From Chrysomallon squamiferum (lineage: Eukaryota > Animalia > Mollusca), in the NCBI GenBank assembly GCA_012295275.1, contig CM022672.1:12462001-12526000 (forward strand): 64,000 nt of DNA. Reading direction: 5' to 3'. Positions 1-14,475 of the stretch are shown here, piece after piece. The position numbers and the translations under genes are program-made. Numbering within the stretch: position 1 is the stretch's first letter; each line of letters begins with the position of its first letter. The notes beneath the pieces were generated by a model. The model searched no databases. It was not told the DNA's origin and worked only from the letters and a program-made list of their open reading frames with translations.

Positions 1-69
1 GTGCTTTCTTTTTTATATATATTTGACAGAGAATTATTTTATATTTTTTTGTTTCTATTTCATTTTTAG

Positions 70-1123
70 ACTGACTGAATCAGGATTATCTATGGTTGAC
101 TGGCGGCTTGTCAAAGACATGAGGCTACCAAGAAATCAGAAAGAATGGGAAGAAGAATTTGAGAATTACAAAAAATTCCCAGAATACCAGTAGTAAGTTT
201 TTGTTAGTAAATTTTCTAGTCTTTGTCTTCTTTACTGGACCTTGACAGACATTAATTAGTTAATGCCTGTGATTTTTAAATTATGAAATGAATTTTTTGT
301 ATTCAGCAATATATGTAAAAATTTGTCTTAAATCATAAACTTTAATTTCTTAATATTAATTAGTATTGTTTTAAAGGAAAACATGAATTTTGATGCATTC
401 ATTAATACAATATTAAATCATAATATATATTTTTCAGCTTTTCAGCTCAGAGAGAAGTGACTCTTTCAGATTTCAAGTTCATATATTTCATGGAATGGTT
501 TCATCGAATTTGGGGTCGAACAACTGGGGTTGTGTTTGCATTGCCTGCCATTTATTTTTGGAAAAAAGGATGGATTGCTCAACAGATGAAAAAGCGTGTT
601 TTGATATATGCAGCTCTGATTGGATTTCAAGTCAGTGGGTTTAGAACTTTACCAAAATGAAATAGTTTATATTCTGCTTTTCTTTCTGGATATTGTCATT
701 TCTTTTTTTACATTTTTTTTCTTGTCAACTATCCCTTATTTGTAATGTATGTCTATCCAAAATTAACATATGCTGCATTTTACCAAAAAAAAAAAAAAAA
801 AAAAAAAAAATTCAGTTTCAGTAATAAAATAGAATTCTACAGAAATATTTGAATTTGTAAACTAATGGGGATTTTTCTTTCATTTCTTATTTTAAAAAAT
901 TTTATATTTTTTTATTTCAGGGATTTATGGGCTGGTACATGGTAAAAAGTGGGCTGAAACATGACATAGACATTCCAAGAGTGAGCCAGTATCGTCTTGC
1001 TGCACATCTTGGTACAGCCATTTTTCTCTACAGCTTGTTCCTCTTTGCTGCTCTTGGACATTTGACTAAACCAGCCCTGGTATGAATTTAACTGAGATTT
1101 ATATTTTTATATTACAGCAACAT

Positions 1124-1155
<32 letters not shown>

Positions 1156-1798
1156 CTTTCTTTAAATACAACTTTGGGTTATAATTCTACAAATTCCAAA
1201 GAATATATTTAGAATTATATCAGTTACCACCACTGATTTGTAGTTAATAACAATCTGAAAAGTTTTTTTATACTCTTGGTCTGAATGTGTGTAAAACAGC
1301 ATTTTAGTAATTTCTTTTTCGTGTTAAATGTTTTGTCATTAAAATGGTAAGAATACTTACTTGTTTGAGAAAATATTTTAATAATTCTTCTTCATTCATT
1401 TTTTTATATTATCTACATAACAATTTTATTTTTGCAGCTTGCATCTACAAAACAGATAAGCCGTCTTAGAGGCATGGCTCATGGTGTACTTACAATGACA
1501 GTCGTCACAGCCATGTCAGGTGAGAACACACAATTTACTTGTGAGTCTCAAACAACAGATACATTTAGTAAAAACAGTAAACTTACTGTTTTACTTGGGA
1601 TTTTGAAATCACTGTGTTCAGCTATTTTATTATTCTGCAGGTGCCTTTGTGGCTGGACTTGATGCTGGACTGACATACAACAGCTGGCCAAAGATGGCTG
1701 ACAAATGGATCCCTGATGATCTCTGGGCTTTTGTACCAAAATGGAAAAACATATTTGAAAATCCAACCACAGTACAGTTTATCCACAGACATCTTGTG

Positions 1799-1847
<49 letters not shown>

Positions 1848-2673
1848 ATTTGTCAGTTATCTGTAGTAAAATAACAGCCAGAAAGAAGACTGTGTTACTA
1901 GAAAAGAAATAAACATAAACAGACATCCTGCTGTTTACTAGCAGACAAAACTGTACAATTTTATTTAAATGCTTAACCTTTAAAAGAAGATATTTCACTG
2001 CCATTTAAAATTATTTTTTTCTCCTTTTTTTTTATAAATCAAAATGGGTTTAGTGTTATGATATTATTAAAAACTATCCCAAAAACTCCATGAATTTTAT
2101 TAATATTTTACAGGCAGAGGCAACAATAATATTTATTGGATATTTCTGGTGGATTTGCCGAAAATCACCAGTTCCACACAGAGTAAAACTGGCTGCTGCT
2201 TGCTGCATGTGGATGAGTGTTATTCAGGTTTGTCAAAACATTATGTAACAAAAACTTTCTCCCAAAAACCCCAGTATTTGTTGATATTATATCATGTTAA
2301 GGGACAGTCATTTTTTTCACATTTCCTGTCAAAAAGCAGGATCTAGTGACCAGAAGAATGCTGTCTTACTATTTTGACTCATTCTTTCTTTATTCCTTTT
2401 TGAGCTAAAAGATACATATGCAAGAGATGGTGACAAATTTAGTGTAAAGTAAAGAAATGAAATCAAGCTACAAAGAACATATTTAATTAGTAAATTAAGA
2501 ATTTAAGAGAAGTAAATCAAAAATGTTTTTATTTTTAGGTTGGACTTGGAATTTCAACATTACTGATGTATGTCCCCACACATTTGGCTGCCACCCACCA
2601 GGGTGGCTCTCTTGTTCTTCTTGGGTTAGGCACTTGGCTGGTGCATGAATTGAAAAGGCTGCCAAAAGTCTAA
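70..2673 (+). CDS. COX15: Heme A synthase COX15, 3' part (7 exons; 5' end is upstream of the window)
   Basis: Phase-consistent GT-AG exons 70-192, 438-630, 921-1079, 1438-1519, 1641-1795, 2114-2227, 2539-2673 (TAA). Motifs [77 protein letters not shown]. Confidence 0.96.
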
Positions 2674-4375
2674 ACTGTTTCAAATGTATGATAAACTACA
2701 TATTTTTTGCTTCTTTTTAAAAACTTTATTTGAGGATCTGAGATTCAAAAAAATATTTGAAAAGCTGGTCTCAGATATTTATAGCATCTACGCATTATAC
2801 AGTGACTGTTTTCTAAAAAGTATTTTAAGATTTTGATACTTTGTCTGATATTTTATTGTGTGAACTTGAATGGATATGTTAAAGATATACTTAAACCATG
2901 AGAAACATTGTTTTCAGAACACATAATTGGCATTCAGCAGTTTTGACATATACACAAACCTCCGTACATGCACATGCATACACACATGCACACATAGTCA
3001 CACAATACACAATTCTAAGCATCTTGTGGCTGTAAGAATCATGCTTTTATTTAAGTGTTGCCTGTTAACTCTTTGTTAATAATTAGTGTTTTGTTTGTGT
3101 CTGAAACATAATCTGGTGCATTGCGATTACTGAATCAATTTAGTGTTTCTTATAAAACTAAACTTAATTATGATGTAAGGGAATGAACAATAATTCCCAA
3201 ATGTAGATTATTCTTTAATTGTAAATCTTATTAAGTAATAAAAGAATGAAACATTTACATATTAACAATTTCTTTTTTTCTTTTTTCTGTGAACATCAGT
3301 CAGAAATTATTACATGCTGTCTACAAACTAACCAGAATAAAAAAGTGTGTTGTTTATTATTTATTAATTAAAACTAGTATAATGATAATTGTCGTTATAC
3401 CAGAGTTCACTCTACTGAATTGAAGAAATGTTATTATTATTTTTAATTTATTTTTGTTTATTTTATTATAGTTTTTAAAATTATTATTAATATTATTACT
3501 TTCTTTAAGATGTTTTTATATTTTATTATTATTATTTTATTTTTTTAACTAAATATATTTTACAAATGATTATTCTTCAATGAAATGTGAAGACCAAGTA
3601 ATTTTAATAATGTAAGTCATTGTAGGCTAAGTAATGATGAATTTTGAAAATATTTGTTATAATAATAAACGCTGACTTGCTTGCAAGCACTATGTAATTT
3701 CTAGAAAATCTTAGTTGGTTAATTGATCTTAATGGTTATCTTAAACAATTTTGGCGAAAATATATTTACTTAAGTTGTTGATTTCCTTGCATTTTTTATG
3801 CTTGTTTCATTCGTACTACTGGCGGCTTTATGATAAATGTCAAAAGATTACCAAACTTTAGTTTTTCCCATAATGGAAATATCCGTATCAAATTAAGTTT
3901 CCAATGACACCAATTTCATCGAAATCGCCCCACTTGTTACCAAGATACCGAGGTCTAAAACGAAGCAAAAAAACCCATCAAAAACGTTGAGGTCTCATGC
4001 ATCCAAAACTACTGCCATCACTGAACTAATATTTGAGTGATTTGACCCAAAACCATTAAAAGTTACTGGTATTTTGTTTTGCTGCCACGAACCCATTATC
4101 AATGCATCCAGCGACACACTAATAAAATGCAATCAGCTGATCTCTGCAGTCGTGAAGTTTGTGTAAATCATCAAGCACACTTGTTTTCATTTTGTGTCAT
4201 ATTTTTTGTAAGTACTTATTTTCGAAAACGTAAGAGAAAATCAATTTGACATCAAGCTGGTACCTTTGATACTATCAGAGTATTGCAATTAGCACAGTTG
4301 AAAGTTTGATGACATGAGGAAAAAGTCGTCATCGTCTTGGTGAGGGACCGTTCAAAAATTATTACGTATTTAAAA

Positions 4376-4419
<44 letters not shown>

Positions 4420-4825
4420 TTTTTTTTTCTAACATAAAGACGTGTCATTAAAATTTGCATCTATTCCAATAGATATATGAACTAAAAATGCTACCTAGCT
4501 CTATACACAAAACCCCCACCTTGTATCCTTTCCTTACGTATTGTTTAATATGAGGTTTGTTGCTTAAGATTACCTATAATCTTATCTAAAATGTTTATGT
4601 GTTTTTTTTTTAATTGTTATATATATGCTTTTTTTTCAACATTTTTGAAAGGGAAGTGACATCATTAGAAGCCTCTGGTCATTATTATAGAGCTTTAAAT
4701 GTCACATTTTATGACACCACATTTTCTTCCTGGATTATTTTCATATTTCTTTATGTAAAAAATTAATATGTACACCATATTTATTTCAAACCAAATGCAA
4801 AAGTTTAAAATAATATAATCATGTA

Positions 4826-5039
4826 CAGTGGCGGACCTACATTTTTGGACTTGAAGGGCTGGGTAACTATTTTTATCTTCTTCTATGGCATGTTGTATGA
4901 CAGGTTTTAAGAATTTAGACACATTTCCATTTTGATTAGAATGTTGAAGAAATGTGGACTAAAGTCGCTTCTGTGATTATTCTGGCATTAGGGGCACTGA
5001 AGCTTAAGCTTCATTAATTTCATAATAGATTCTCTCCTG
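4826..5039. mobile_element. Degenerate hAT-like MITE (~214 bp)
   Basis: Starts CAGTGGCGGACCTAC and ends TAGATTCTCTCCTG (decayed inverted terminus). Flanks ATCATGTA / ATCATATG look like an imperfect 8-bp TSD. Subterminal palindrome TGAAGCTTAAGCTTCA. Confidence 0.45.
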
Positions 5040-5086
5040 ATCATATGAAGTGTTTAACTGAAAGAGTCTTGGTCATGGGATATCAT

Positions 5087-5129
<43 letters not shown>

Positions 5130-5272
5130 TTGTTCGGATTTCTCCCGCCGTGACATATGATAGATGTCTATACTATGATATTACTTTAATCTTTCCTTTC
5201 TTTTATACTTTATAATTTTACATTTACAAAGTATCTTAACTGTAATTTTTTGCTCTCCTTGCTTTTAAACAA

Positions 5273-5311
<39 letters not shown>

Positions 5312-5690
5312 TTATTTTTTTTTTTTATCAGTGTAAATGTAAGATAAAATTACAGTGTGTATATATTAAAGATATTTAATGTGCTTTCATTTCCTGTAAT
5401 TTGATATATCATGCTGTGGGATTTTCCCATTAAATTAGACCATTTAATTTAAAAAAAAAAAAACCCAGAAATTCTGAACGTAAAATATTAACCAAAAACT
5501 ATTTAAAATATATTCATAAGATTGTAATTAGTTTACGAAACATGATTTAAATGAAGTTTGGGTGTGCATTTAATAAACTTAGAACAGTTTAAAAAATATG
5601 AGCGCTGCTATTTTTATGTAATCGCTATATAATCGAACAAGGCGGGGCGATTTGGTCTAAATTGCTTCAGAATAAAAAAAAAAAAAAAAA

Positions 5691-5736
<46 letters not shown>

Positions 5737-6877
5737 TCAAAAAAATAAATAAATAAATGAACAAATAATAATAATAATAATAAAGCTGTATGTTTGCCAT
5801 GTGTCCGATATGTCACGACTCTAATCGCTGGTAAAGGGGCAAAAATGAACGTTTCGTATGTTTTGTAACTTTATTATTTTGTCTTACTTCGTTGTGAGCG
5901 ATCATAAAATAATTAAATAATTAATGAACGCCAACATTTGCTGCCAAATAAGTATGTGCTTATGTACATTTTACATAAGAATTTGTAATACAAGTAATTT
6001 TGTTCTTAATTGTCTTCTGGGTATAAATAATTGCGACACTATAATGCATTACCAGAAGATAACTGCAACTCTATAATGCATTATCAGAAGATTATTATTA
6101 GTATCAGTTGATCACGAAAGGGGATTCACCTAAAAGTTAAATGACTGCAGCTATTGGTTCATCAAAACTGTCAGCAACGCTTTAGTATTGTGTAATATTC
6201 AATGGATTGCTAAACACAATGTACAAAAAATACTGACATCATCAATAAAAAACGGATGTGTATGTGTGAAAAATTATCAGCAATGTGTTCTTTATATACA
6301 TTCAAAGAGGTAAGATAAGCTGCTGCTTTGATAAACCAGTAGTGGCGAACTGGATGAAACTAAACATACAGAGGATTCGGTTTTTTCGAGCTGGGTGTTG
6401 TCATCACTGAGATGCAACTTACCACCACAGTATTCTGAGTTTAATGTTCACCTAAAAAGTTATCGATGTATATGAAATAAGAAATTATCTATGATTGTAC
6501 ATTCATACTAACAGAACATTCGTACATACACATATGCATGTACATTAAACAGCTGAAAAGAAACCCACAAAATATCACTCTAAAACTACTCGTACAACAT
6601 ATTAATTATTTTTAATTTATTTCAGTCATTATTATTATTATTATTATATAATAACATTATGATTATCATTGTTGTTTTTGGTATATCTTATTAGAGTTGT
6701 GTATTATTAATATCACTTTAATTAGTTACTGTGTGTGTACTTTTACAGTTTGGAGCATCAAAAATATGTTTTTGCAGAGACTTAAACAACCACAATTTTT
6801 TTTTTCGGAAACGCGCATCGATTTTGGGTTTTTTTCAGGATTTTGCCTATACATGTATATAAGACTTCATAGACATA

Positions 6878-6888
6878 GGGAAATCCCC
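6878..6888. promoter_or_regulatory. NF-kappaB/Rel consensus site upstream of the PARP gene
   Basis: GGGAAATCCCC matches GGGRNWYYCC in a locally CpG-richer patch, followed by a candidate 5'UTR-exon donor GTAAGT at 7044. A second site GGGATTTTCC lies at ~5418. Confidence 0.4.
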
Positions 6889-8171
6889 AAAGTTTTCCGA
6901 AAGAAAACGATTAGTTTATTAATAGCCCCGCCTGGTTAAGAGATAAACTGAGTAAACTGCTTTTCTTTTTTTTTTTTGTTCGCTTCCTCATTTTCTAATC
7001 GCTTTTCGTTTCTAAATGATATGTGTTTTCTAGAAAGGAAATTGTAAGTACGCTTTATATTAGTCCAGATGATTATTATCGAAATAAACCAGAATTTTTT
7101 GGATGTAAAATAATCATAGTAACACATGTAAGTTTTTACTGTGAAGATCAAAAAGTAAAGGCAAATGTAATTAGAAGTACGTTAGATGTATACTCTAAGA
7201 CGTGCATTTAGTCTAAGTTACTTTTAATAAAACTAAATTTATATCTATTTACATGAACGTAGTACAGGTAGCATATATGAATAAATAAAAATACTCCCAA
7301 CTGTGAAACAAATAAAATAATAATAACATATAAAATAAAATAAAGAAAGAAAAAAGTAAAGAAAAAGAGAAAAAGCAATGTCTCCTTTTATTTTATATTA
7401 ACGAATGCAGTCTTATGTTTGTCCGTAACAGAGAGTGAGAGTAATATCAGTATTCAAACTCACTGACATTAATTTTATCTTCTCATATACCCTGAAATAG
7501 CCTGTCTGTTATAGTTTATTGTAATAAACCATTTTATTGTTGTTTTTCAAACGTCACTTTAAGCTGAAATATAATCGGTTTGAACTTATCAGAGGTAGTC
7601 GCTATATTATTAAATGTATTTATATTATTATTATTCTCTAAATTTTTTACTCAAAGGACAATGGAAAATAACTGAATGTAAACAGATTTCATAAAACTCA
7701 GACTTTTATCTTGCACTGTGGTAAAAACCGATTATCTTAGAGGTCGAACTCGTAAAAACAATTAATTAAAAAACACCTTTTCAACCACATTATAATTTTA
7801 TGTTTAATCAGTAATAGTTAATCTCATATTATACGAAATAAAGAAAACATTTACAATAAAGCAACAAAAAAAAAAAAAAAAAAAAAAAAAAGAAATCAAC
7901 ATTTTCTTTCCAACCCCAAAATATTATGTGTTTACCGCCCTTTCTCGATTTCCATCAAAGTATTCGTTGAGTTTTTATATATGCATATACTCTTGTATTT
8001 TATTATGTATTTTCTTCATCAATGATAACATTACTTAAATGAATAGGAAATATAATACGTCAATGTATTAATGATGCAATTGCTGCCTCTGACAAAGTTA
8101 CATAAATGTACGATCAGTCAGAATACACCGAAGAGTCGTCAACACATTAGGTGACCATGAAAACATGGTAT

Positions 8172-8205
<34 letters not shown>

Positions 8206-8546
8206 GAGAGAGAGAAGCTAAGGTTGTTAATGACAACCAGGCGAGGCCAGGTAAGGGATACATTATACAGTGTCTCAGAAAAGAGGGAGTAATTTCTGTG
8301 GAGTGTATTTGTAAGATGCAATTAGCATCGGAACGATAACTAACTCTTTCTTTCATATATCTAAAACACATTTTTAGTTTTGTTTTAGATTTTTTTTGCA
8401 TGCGTAATAAGGAGGCTGCTACCTGTTGTTGTACAAAAATGTCAATGATTTGGAATTATCCTACAAAGTACATACACACACACAAAACACACTATTATAA
8501 TAATAATAGAAATAAATACATAACATTAATAAACTTTCTTCTTCTA

Positions 8547-8603
<57 letters not shown>

Positions 8604-8626
8604 TAGAGCCATCAGTTTAAAACAGA

Positions 8627-10911
8627 ATGCCGGTAGAGTTGAAAATTCAGCTGATTGCTGGAGACATCACAAAACAAATAGTAAGTCGATCATCGGAACA
8701 CTAATACTAAACTGCTTCGTCCTTTTACATACTAATTTATATACCGTAATTATAACATCGGTTCTACAAACTTTTTAAGATAATAAATAGCCTAGCAAAG
8801 AAATAGTAAAGAACTGGACAGTACTTTGTTTTATTTCTTTTTGTGTGTTTGTGTCTGATTATACATGTTTGTGTGTATGTGTGTGTGTGTGTGTATTAAC
8901 TTTACAGATTTGGTGCTGAATATAATGATTATTTAAGCGTCATACTTTATTATTAGCACAGTTTGATCTATTTAATAATAATAAAATAATAAAATTCACC
9001 CAAAATCAACAAACAATATCAACAATAAAATAAAAATAAGTAGAGGATAAAACAATCACTTGAAAATATAACTACATTATTTAAGTCATTGTTCTTTACG
9101 AGTTTGATACATTCTGATGCATATTGCAGGCCGGCGCAATAGTAAACAGCACAAACAAGCAGTTAGATCTTTCCAAAGCTATAGCTGATGCTGGTGGGGT
9201 CAAGTTACAAGATGCAATAGTTCAGTATAAAAAGAAACACCCCGAAGACATGACAAGAAACATTGCAGTGACAGACGCTGGAGATCTTCCGTGCTCAAAA
9301 GTGTTACACATCTCTCTACCACGGTGGTCTGATGCAATGTCTGAAAATAATGAAACGGTCAGTATAATAACTTTAAAACATACTCAGACAAACAAAAGCA
9401 TACACACTTACAAATCTATAAATAAACAAGCACGGACGTATGTACATACATTATTCATTCATTCATTCAGGGTGAATATTAAAAAAAAAAAAGTAGAAGA
9501 AGAAAAAAAGAAAGAAAGCAGCATAATAATCTATGGAAACATCATAAAGGTAATAAAATTTCGTAATGCTGATTAATCCCTTACTTTAATGTTTTGACAT
9601 TCCTTAATTTTTAATGATGTCATATAGTCGAATATTATTATATATAATGCGTTGGTTTTTCTATTTGTTACAGACACTGAGCGAGTTTATTGAAATGTGT
9701 CTCATAGCTGCAAACAATCTAGGATTACAAAGCATTGCCTTTCCATTGCTAGGTGGCGGAGATCTTGGCTATCCATTAAAAGTTGTAGCTAGGGCATTCG
9801 TAGACACGTTGTGGATTTTCAAGACCATTCAGGAAGAATCATGCCTTCACTTAGTAAAAATACTAGTCGATATCTGCGACAAAGAATTCAGACAGGTATG
9901 CCGATAATAAAAAGTAAGGTTGTAAAACAAATACTGAAAGTGTACAAGATATCTGGTTAAAAAAAAAGAAAAGAAATTATATCATAATTTATTTTTAAGC
10001 ATCACCACAATTTATGTATATTATGCATCTACATGTACAAGATGCTATTCTCATAAACTTTTATAAGTAACTCATGCATTTATGGTCTTATCGTTTGATT
10101 TTACACGCAGAAAAGTACATAAAAACTACACAATAACTAAAACAATGGCAACATGAAGAAGGAGAAGAAACATTTCACTAATAATAAAAATATGTGTATT
10201 TAGGCATATATATGTATCAGACTATCAAAATATTGACACACACACATGTACTCACTTAAAAGTTCATATATTTTTATTTAAAATAAAAGCCTGTTTTATG
10301 TTTTATTTCAGCATTTTGCAATTGAGATGGCAAAACACGATAAGTCAGAAGTCTACACAAATGGTATTTATTTATTTATTTATTTATTATTTTTTGTTTT
10401 GTTTTTAGCTACTTCATGAGTGTAAGATTAAGCATCCTGTACGTGCTATATACATACATCTTTTTGTCTCAGCAATTTCAGATTTTGAGATTTGGTATGT
10501 AAATTATTTTGAGAGAGAAAGAGAGAGAGAGCATTACAAGCACTCAGAATGTATATAATATATGTATGTATGTATGTACATATTCTCACTTAAAATCTTG
10601 CACATTTGAGCTAAATACAAAATATTACAATATTTTAAAAATGAACATTATTAGTTTGTCCATGTTATTTACAATAATGTGTGTATATCTTTTCCTTTTT
10701 TTCTTAATGTATTATTATCTTATTTTTTTACTTTATTTTATTTTATTTACTGATTTATATATTTATTTATTTGATTGTTTATTTCTCTCCCTTTCTTCAG
10801 ATAACCAAATAGAAGCTGTTCTTGTTAGTGGAAATTTAGAAAGACAGTCAGTAAGTCAGATATGTTTTGATTTGGTGAATTAATTAGCCTACAATTATTA
10901 AAAAAAAAAAA

Positions 10912-10946
<35 letters not shown>

Positions 10947-13900
10947 AATAAAATATAAATGAATAAATAAATAGATAAATAAATAAGTAAATAAATTAAT
11001 AAATAAATAATTAAATAGAAAATATATAAATGAATAAATAACAATAATAACATTTATGAAAATTTAACAACACAGCAGCAGATTTTTTTAACGCTTATTA
11101 AGTTAAATATAATAAGTTTGTGTGTGTGTGTGTGTGTGCTTACTTACATACATACATACACGCATACATTTTTAGGTTCATGCATTGGTTATTCCATGTT
11201 CAGCTGAAATGGAGCCGACGTGCTCGGTGGCCAAAGCTGTACAAAAAGCAGCAGGCGACATCGTTAGTACTGAACTGAGAACGAACTTCCATCCACCATT
11301 AAAAAATTGGGATTTTGCTGTTACAACGGGTGGAAACCTGGAGGCCAGATACATTTACCACGTCAATATTCCACGGTACTCCGAAGACATATTGATGGAG
11401 GTAACACATTTTTATCCCATTGCAAAGTAAATCATAAACAAAACTAAAACTTCCAAGCCATAATTTTGAAGTCCTAAACTACTGCAAGTTGTAGATGCCC
11501 TTTTTGATAGGTTATATCACAGAATAAGTCTGTGTAACAACAGAACATGGCAAGAATTAATGTTAATAAAATAATTACTTAAATACAATTTATAATAACA
11601 GTGTAAGAAATAAAAATGTATAATATTAAAAGTCTCAGGCACACGCTTGAATTTGTAATTAATTAATTTTTTAATTTTATTTTATTTAGGATTTTATTCA
11701 GATGATAGACAGATGTATGACAGATGCTGTCATAATGAACTGCAAATCAATCGCTTTCACTTTGCCTGTTACTAAAGATTTGAAATATCCTTCAAAATTA
11801 ACTGCCAGCTGCTTTAAACGAGGGTACTGTACTTTCCAAAGATCCCACAACAGTTTAGACTTTTTTGAAATGAGAGTTGTGGTAAAGGAGAAAGATGTAG
11901 CGACTTATGAAGTAAGAATAACTATTTTACACGCGTTTCAATACATAATTTTATTTACACTGAATAAACATGATGTTTAAAACAAATTTAAAAAAATAGA
12001 AGTTATAAAATCAGTCCTCTTTCACATCACTAATGTCATTATTAACTGGAGACCGTTATAAAACGAATGAGAAAATATTACAACTTTTTAAAAATAATCA
12101 GACAAAAATTTCCATTATATTTATAGGCATTCCGACAAGCTGAGTTTGAAACTCATTCTATAGGTATGTCATTTAATATATATTTTACCAATGCCTTCCG
12201 TACCAGCAGTAGTGACGGTAATGTTAATAGTAGTAACAGTGTAGCAGAAGTAATATTAGTAGTACTGGTAACGATAATAATAGTAGTAGCAGTTGTACAG
12301 AAGAAGTAGAAATAGGAGTAGCGGGGGTAGTAACACAGTGGTACCTTGAATTACGAGTTTGACCGAGATCGAATGTCAGTTTGCTCGTATATCAGATAAA
12401 TTTTCCGAACTGAAATTAATTGAAATACCATTAATCCGTTCCAGCCCTCATAAAAAAAAAAAAAATATATATATATTTTTTTTTTTTGTAATGTGTTTTT
12501 AAATAAGAAAAATGTACTTATAAATGACAAATATTGTATAAAAACAAAATCAAAGAGAATATAAAGAAATACATTGGTTTTGTAAAGTGTATTTATGTTG
12601 GAGATCAGACAACTTATTGTAACGCCTTTGGTTGGAGTTACAGCCTTTATCGACTCCTTCAGCTTCAGTACGGTACATATCGTAGAAGTACTTCGCTGGT
12701 ACTGCCTAGCCAAGTCGACTACATGCACGTTTCACTCATGTTTTTCTATGAATTCAAGCTTTAATTCAATGGACATCATCCGCTTTTTCTTCTCAGCACT
12801 GTCCTCTGCACTCATTTCCTTAGGATCCATGGTCAGAAAAAATAAATTTGGCAAAATAATGCACAATACGCGAACACAACACAACAGAGATGCTTCCGCG
12901 GTGAGGTAACCAGGTGAAGTAAGTGAGTGAGACGTGGGATGCTGGCCGGATGTTATGTTGTTCGTTGCGCCAAGTAGCGGCGGCGTATCTGAAGATCTCT
13001 CGTAACTCGGATTCTGGCTCGCAGCTCGAAGCAAAATATTGCTCGGGTGACTGCTCGTAACTTGAAAAAACTCGTTAAGTTGGGGCACTCGTAAGTCGAG
13101 GTACCACTAGTAATAATCTAGAAATACTAGTAGTTGTAGTAGCAACAGCAATAATAGTGGAAATAGTGATAGCAGAAATATTACTTTAGAAGAAAGCGTG
13201 AAAGTAGTACCAGTAGTATAATTGTAGTTGTAATAGTAGTAGTAATAGTAGTAGTAGTAGTAGAAGTAGCAATAGTAATATCAGAATAGTAGAAGTAATA
13301 ATAGGAGAAGTATCAGTTTTTTTATAAATAGTAAAAGTATCAACAATAGTAGTAGCTGCGATGGTAATAACAGTGGAAGTAGTAGCAGTAGTACAGTAGG
13401 AATAGAAATTCAGTATAGTAACAGCAAAAGGTGATGGAGATAGTAATGGTATAATAAAAATAGAAGTAGCAGTAAATGTATGTTTACATATTTTTCACTG
13501 ACTATGAATCTTTCTTCTGAAATTAATGTTCATTCAGTATGATCCATTTGTACATATAGCCTAAAATAGGAACGTTTCTAGAATGGTACACATCGATTAT
13601 ACGGTAGCAAGATGAACTTTCATAATTTATGATAACATAATTTTGGTCTCTAGATTTCAGTAGAGTTCCCAAAACATGGTGTCCAATGACCAGGGAAGTA
13701 GACGTTCTTACTTGCACGCTGTCTTCAAACTGTGCTGAATACAAAGAAGTTGCTGAATTACTGAAAGCAACAGCTTCAGTAAACTACGAGATAAAGAAGG
13801 TTATAATTTTATAACAAATGCAATACAGATTTTACAGGTTGAAGATCCTCTATCCGAAATTGTTTTCAAGTAGCCGAAATGTCAAATTTCAAAGAGGCCA

Positions 13901-13950
13901 TATTTCCCAAAGTATTGGTCCAAAGAAAGTAAAAATTTCTATTTAAGAGT

Positions 13951-13981
<31 letters not shown>

Positions 13982-14429
13982 CAGTTATAAATAAATACAT
14001 TTTATTTTTAAATCGATGACTTATTGCCAACCGTATATTTCTCGTAGATTGAACGAATACAGAACCAAGCGCTTTATCTACAGTACGATGTAAAACGATG
14101 GCAGCTTCATCAGAGAAATAATTGTCAGCCTATGAGCAGTATTGAAAAGAGACTATGGCATGGAACAACTGAAAGTGCAGTGATGAGTATCAACTATCAC
14201 GGTTTCAACAGAAGTTATTGCGGAAGAAACGGTATTAAATCATTAAATATTGTTTAGTTTGAAGGTAAAATAAAAAAAAAAAAAAAAAAATTCATTACAA
14301 AAAAAAAAAAAAAATAAATAAAAGATAGTAGCAGTAATAATAGTAGTAATATTAATAATAATCAAAATTAAACTTGATAAATGAATGGAAGAAAATGAAA
14401 TGTTAATATTCAGGACGGAACAAAACAAA

Positions 14430-14475
<46 letters not shown>

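Noticed and set aside
3750-4370. CpG-richer patch downstream of COX15 resembling DNA-transposon remnants
   Set aside because: No matching TIR pair, TSD or ORF could be defined by eye.
8147-8606. ORFs with poly-K, poly-F, poly-I, poly-L or CV/HT runs (also 14385, 16549, 37038-37939, 39233-39585)
   Set aside because: Translations of homopolymers and microsatellites.
12351-13088. ORFs of 104-125 aa here and similar ones at 48013-48303 and 53567-54022
   Set aside because: They are fragments or antisense frames of the Tigger derivative, with stops and frameshifts and no DDE domain.
13834-13930. TA-CAGGTTGAAGATCCTCTATCCGAAA, a Tigger-like terminal sequence
   Set aside because: Solo end with no partner TIR; too little to call an element.
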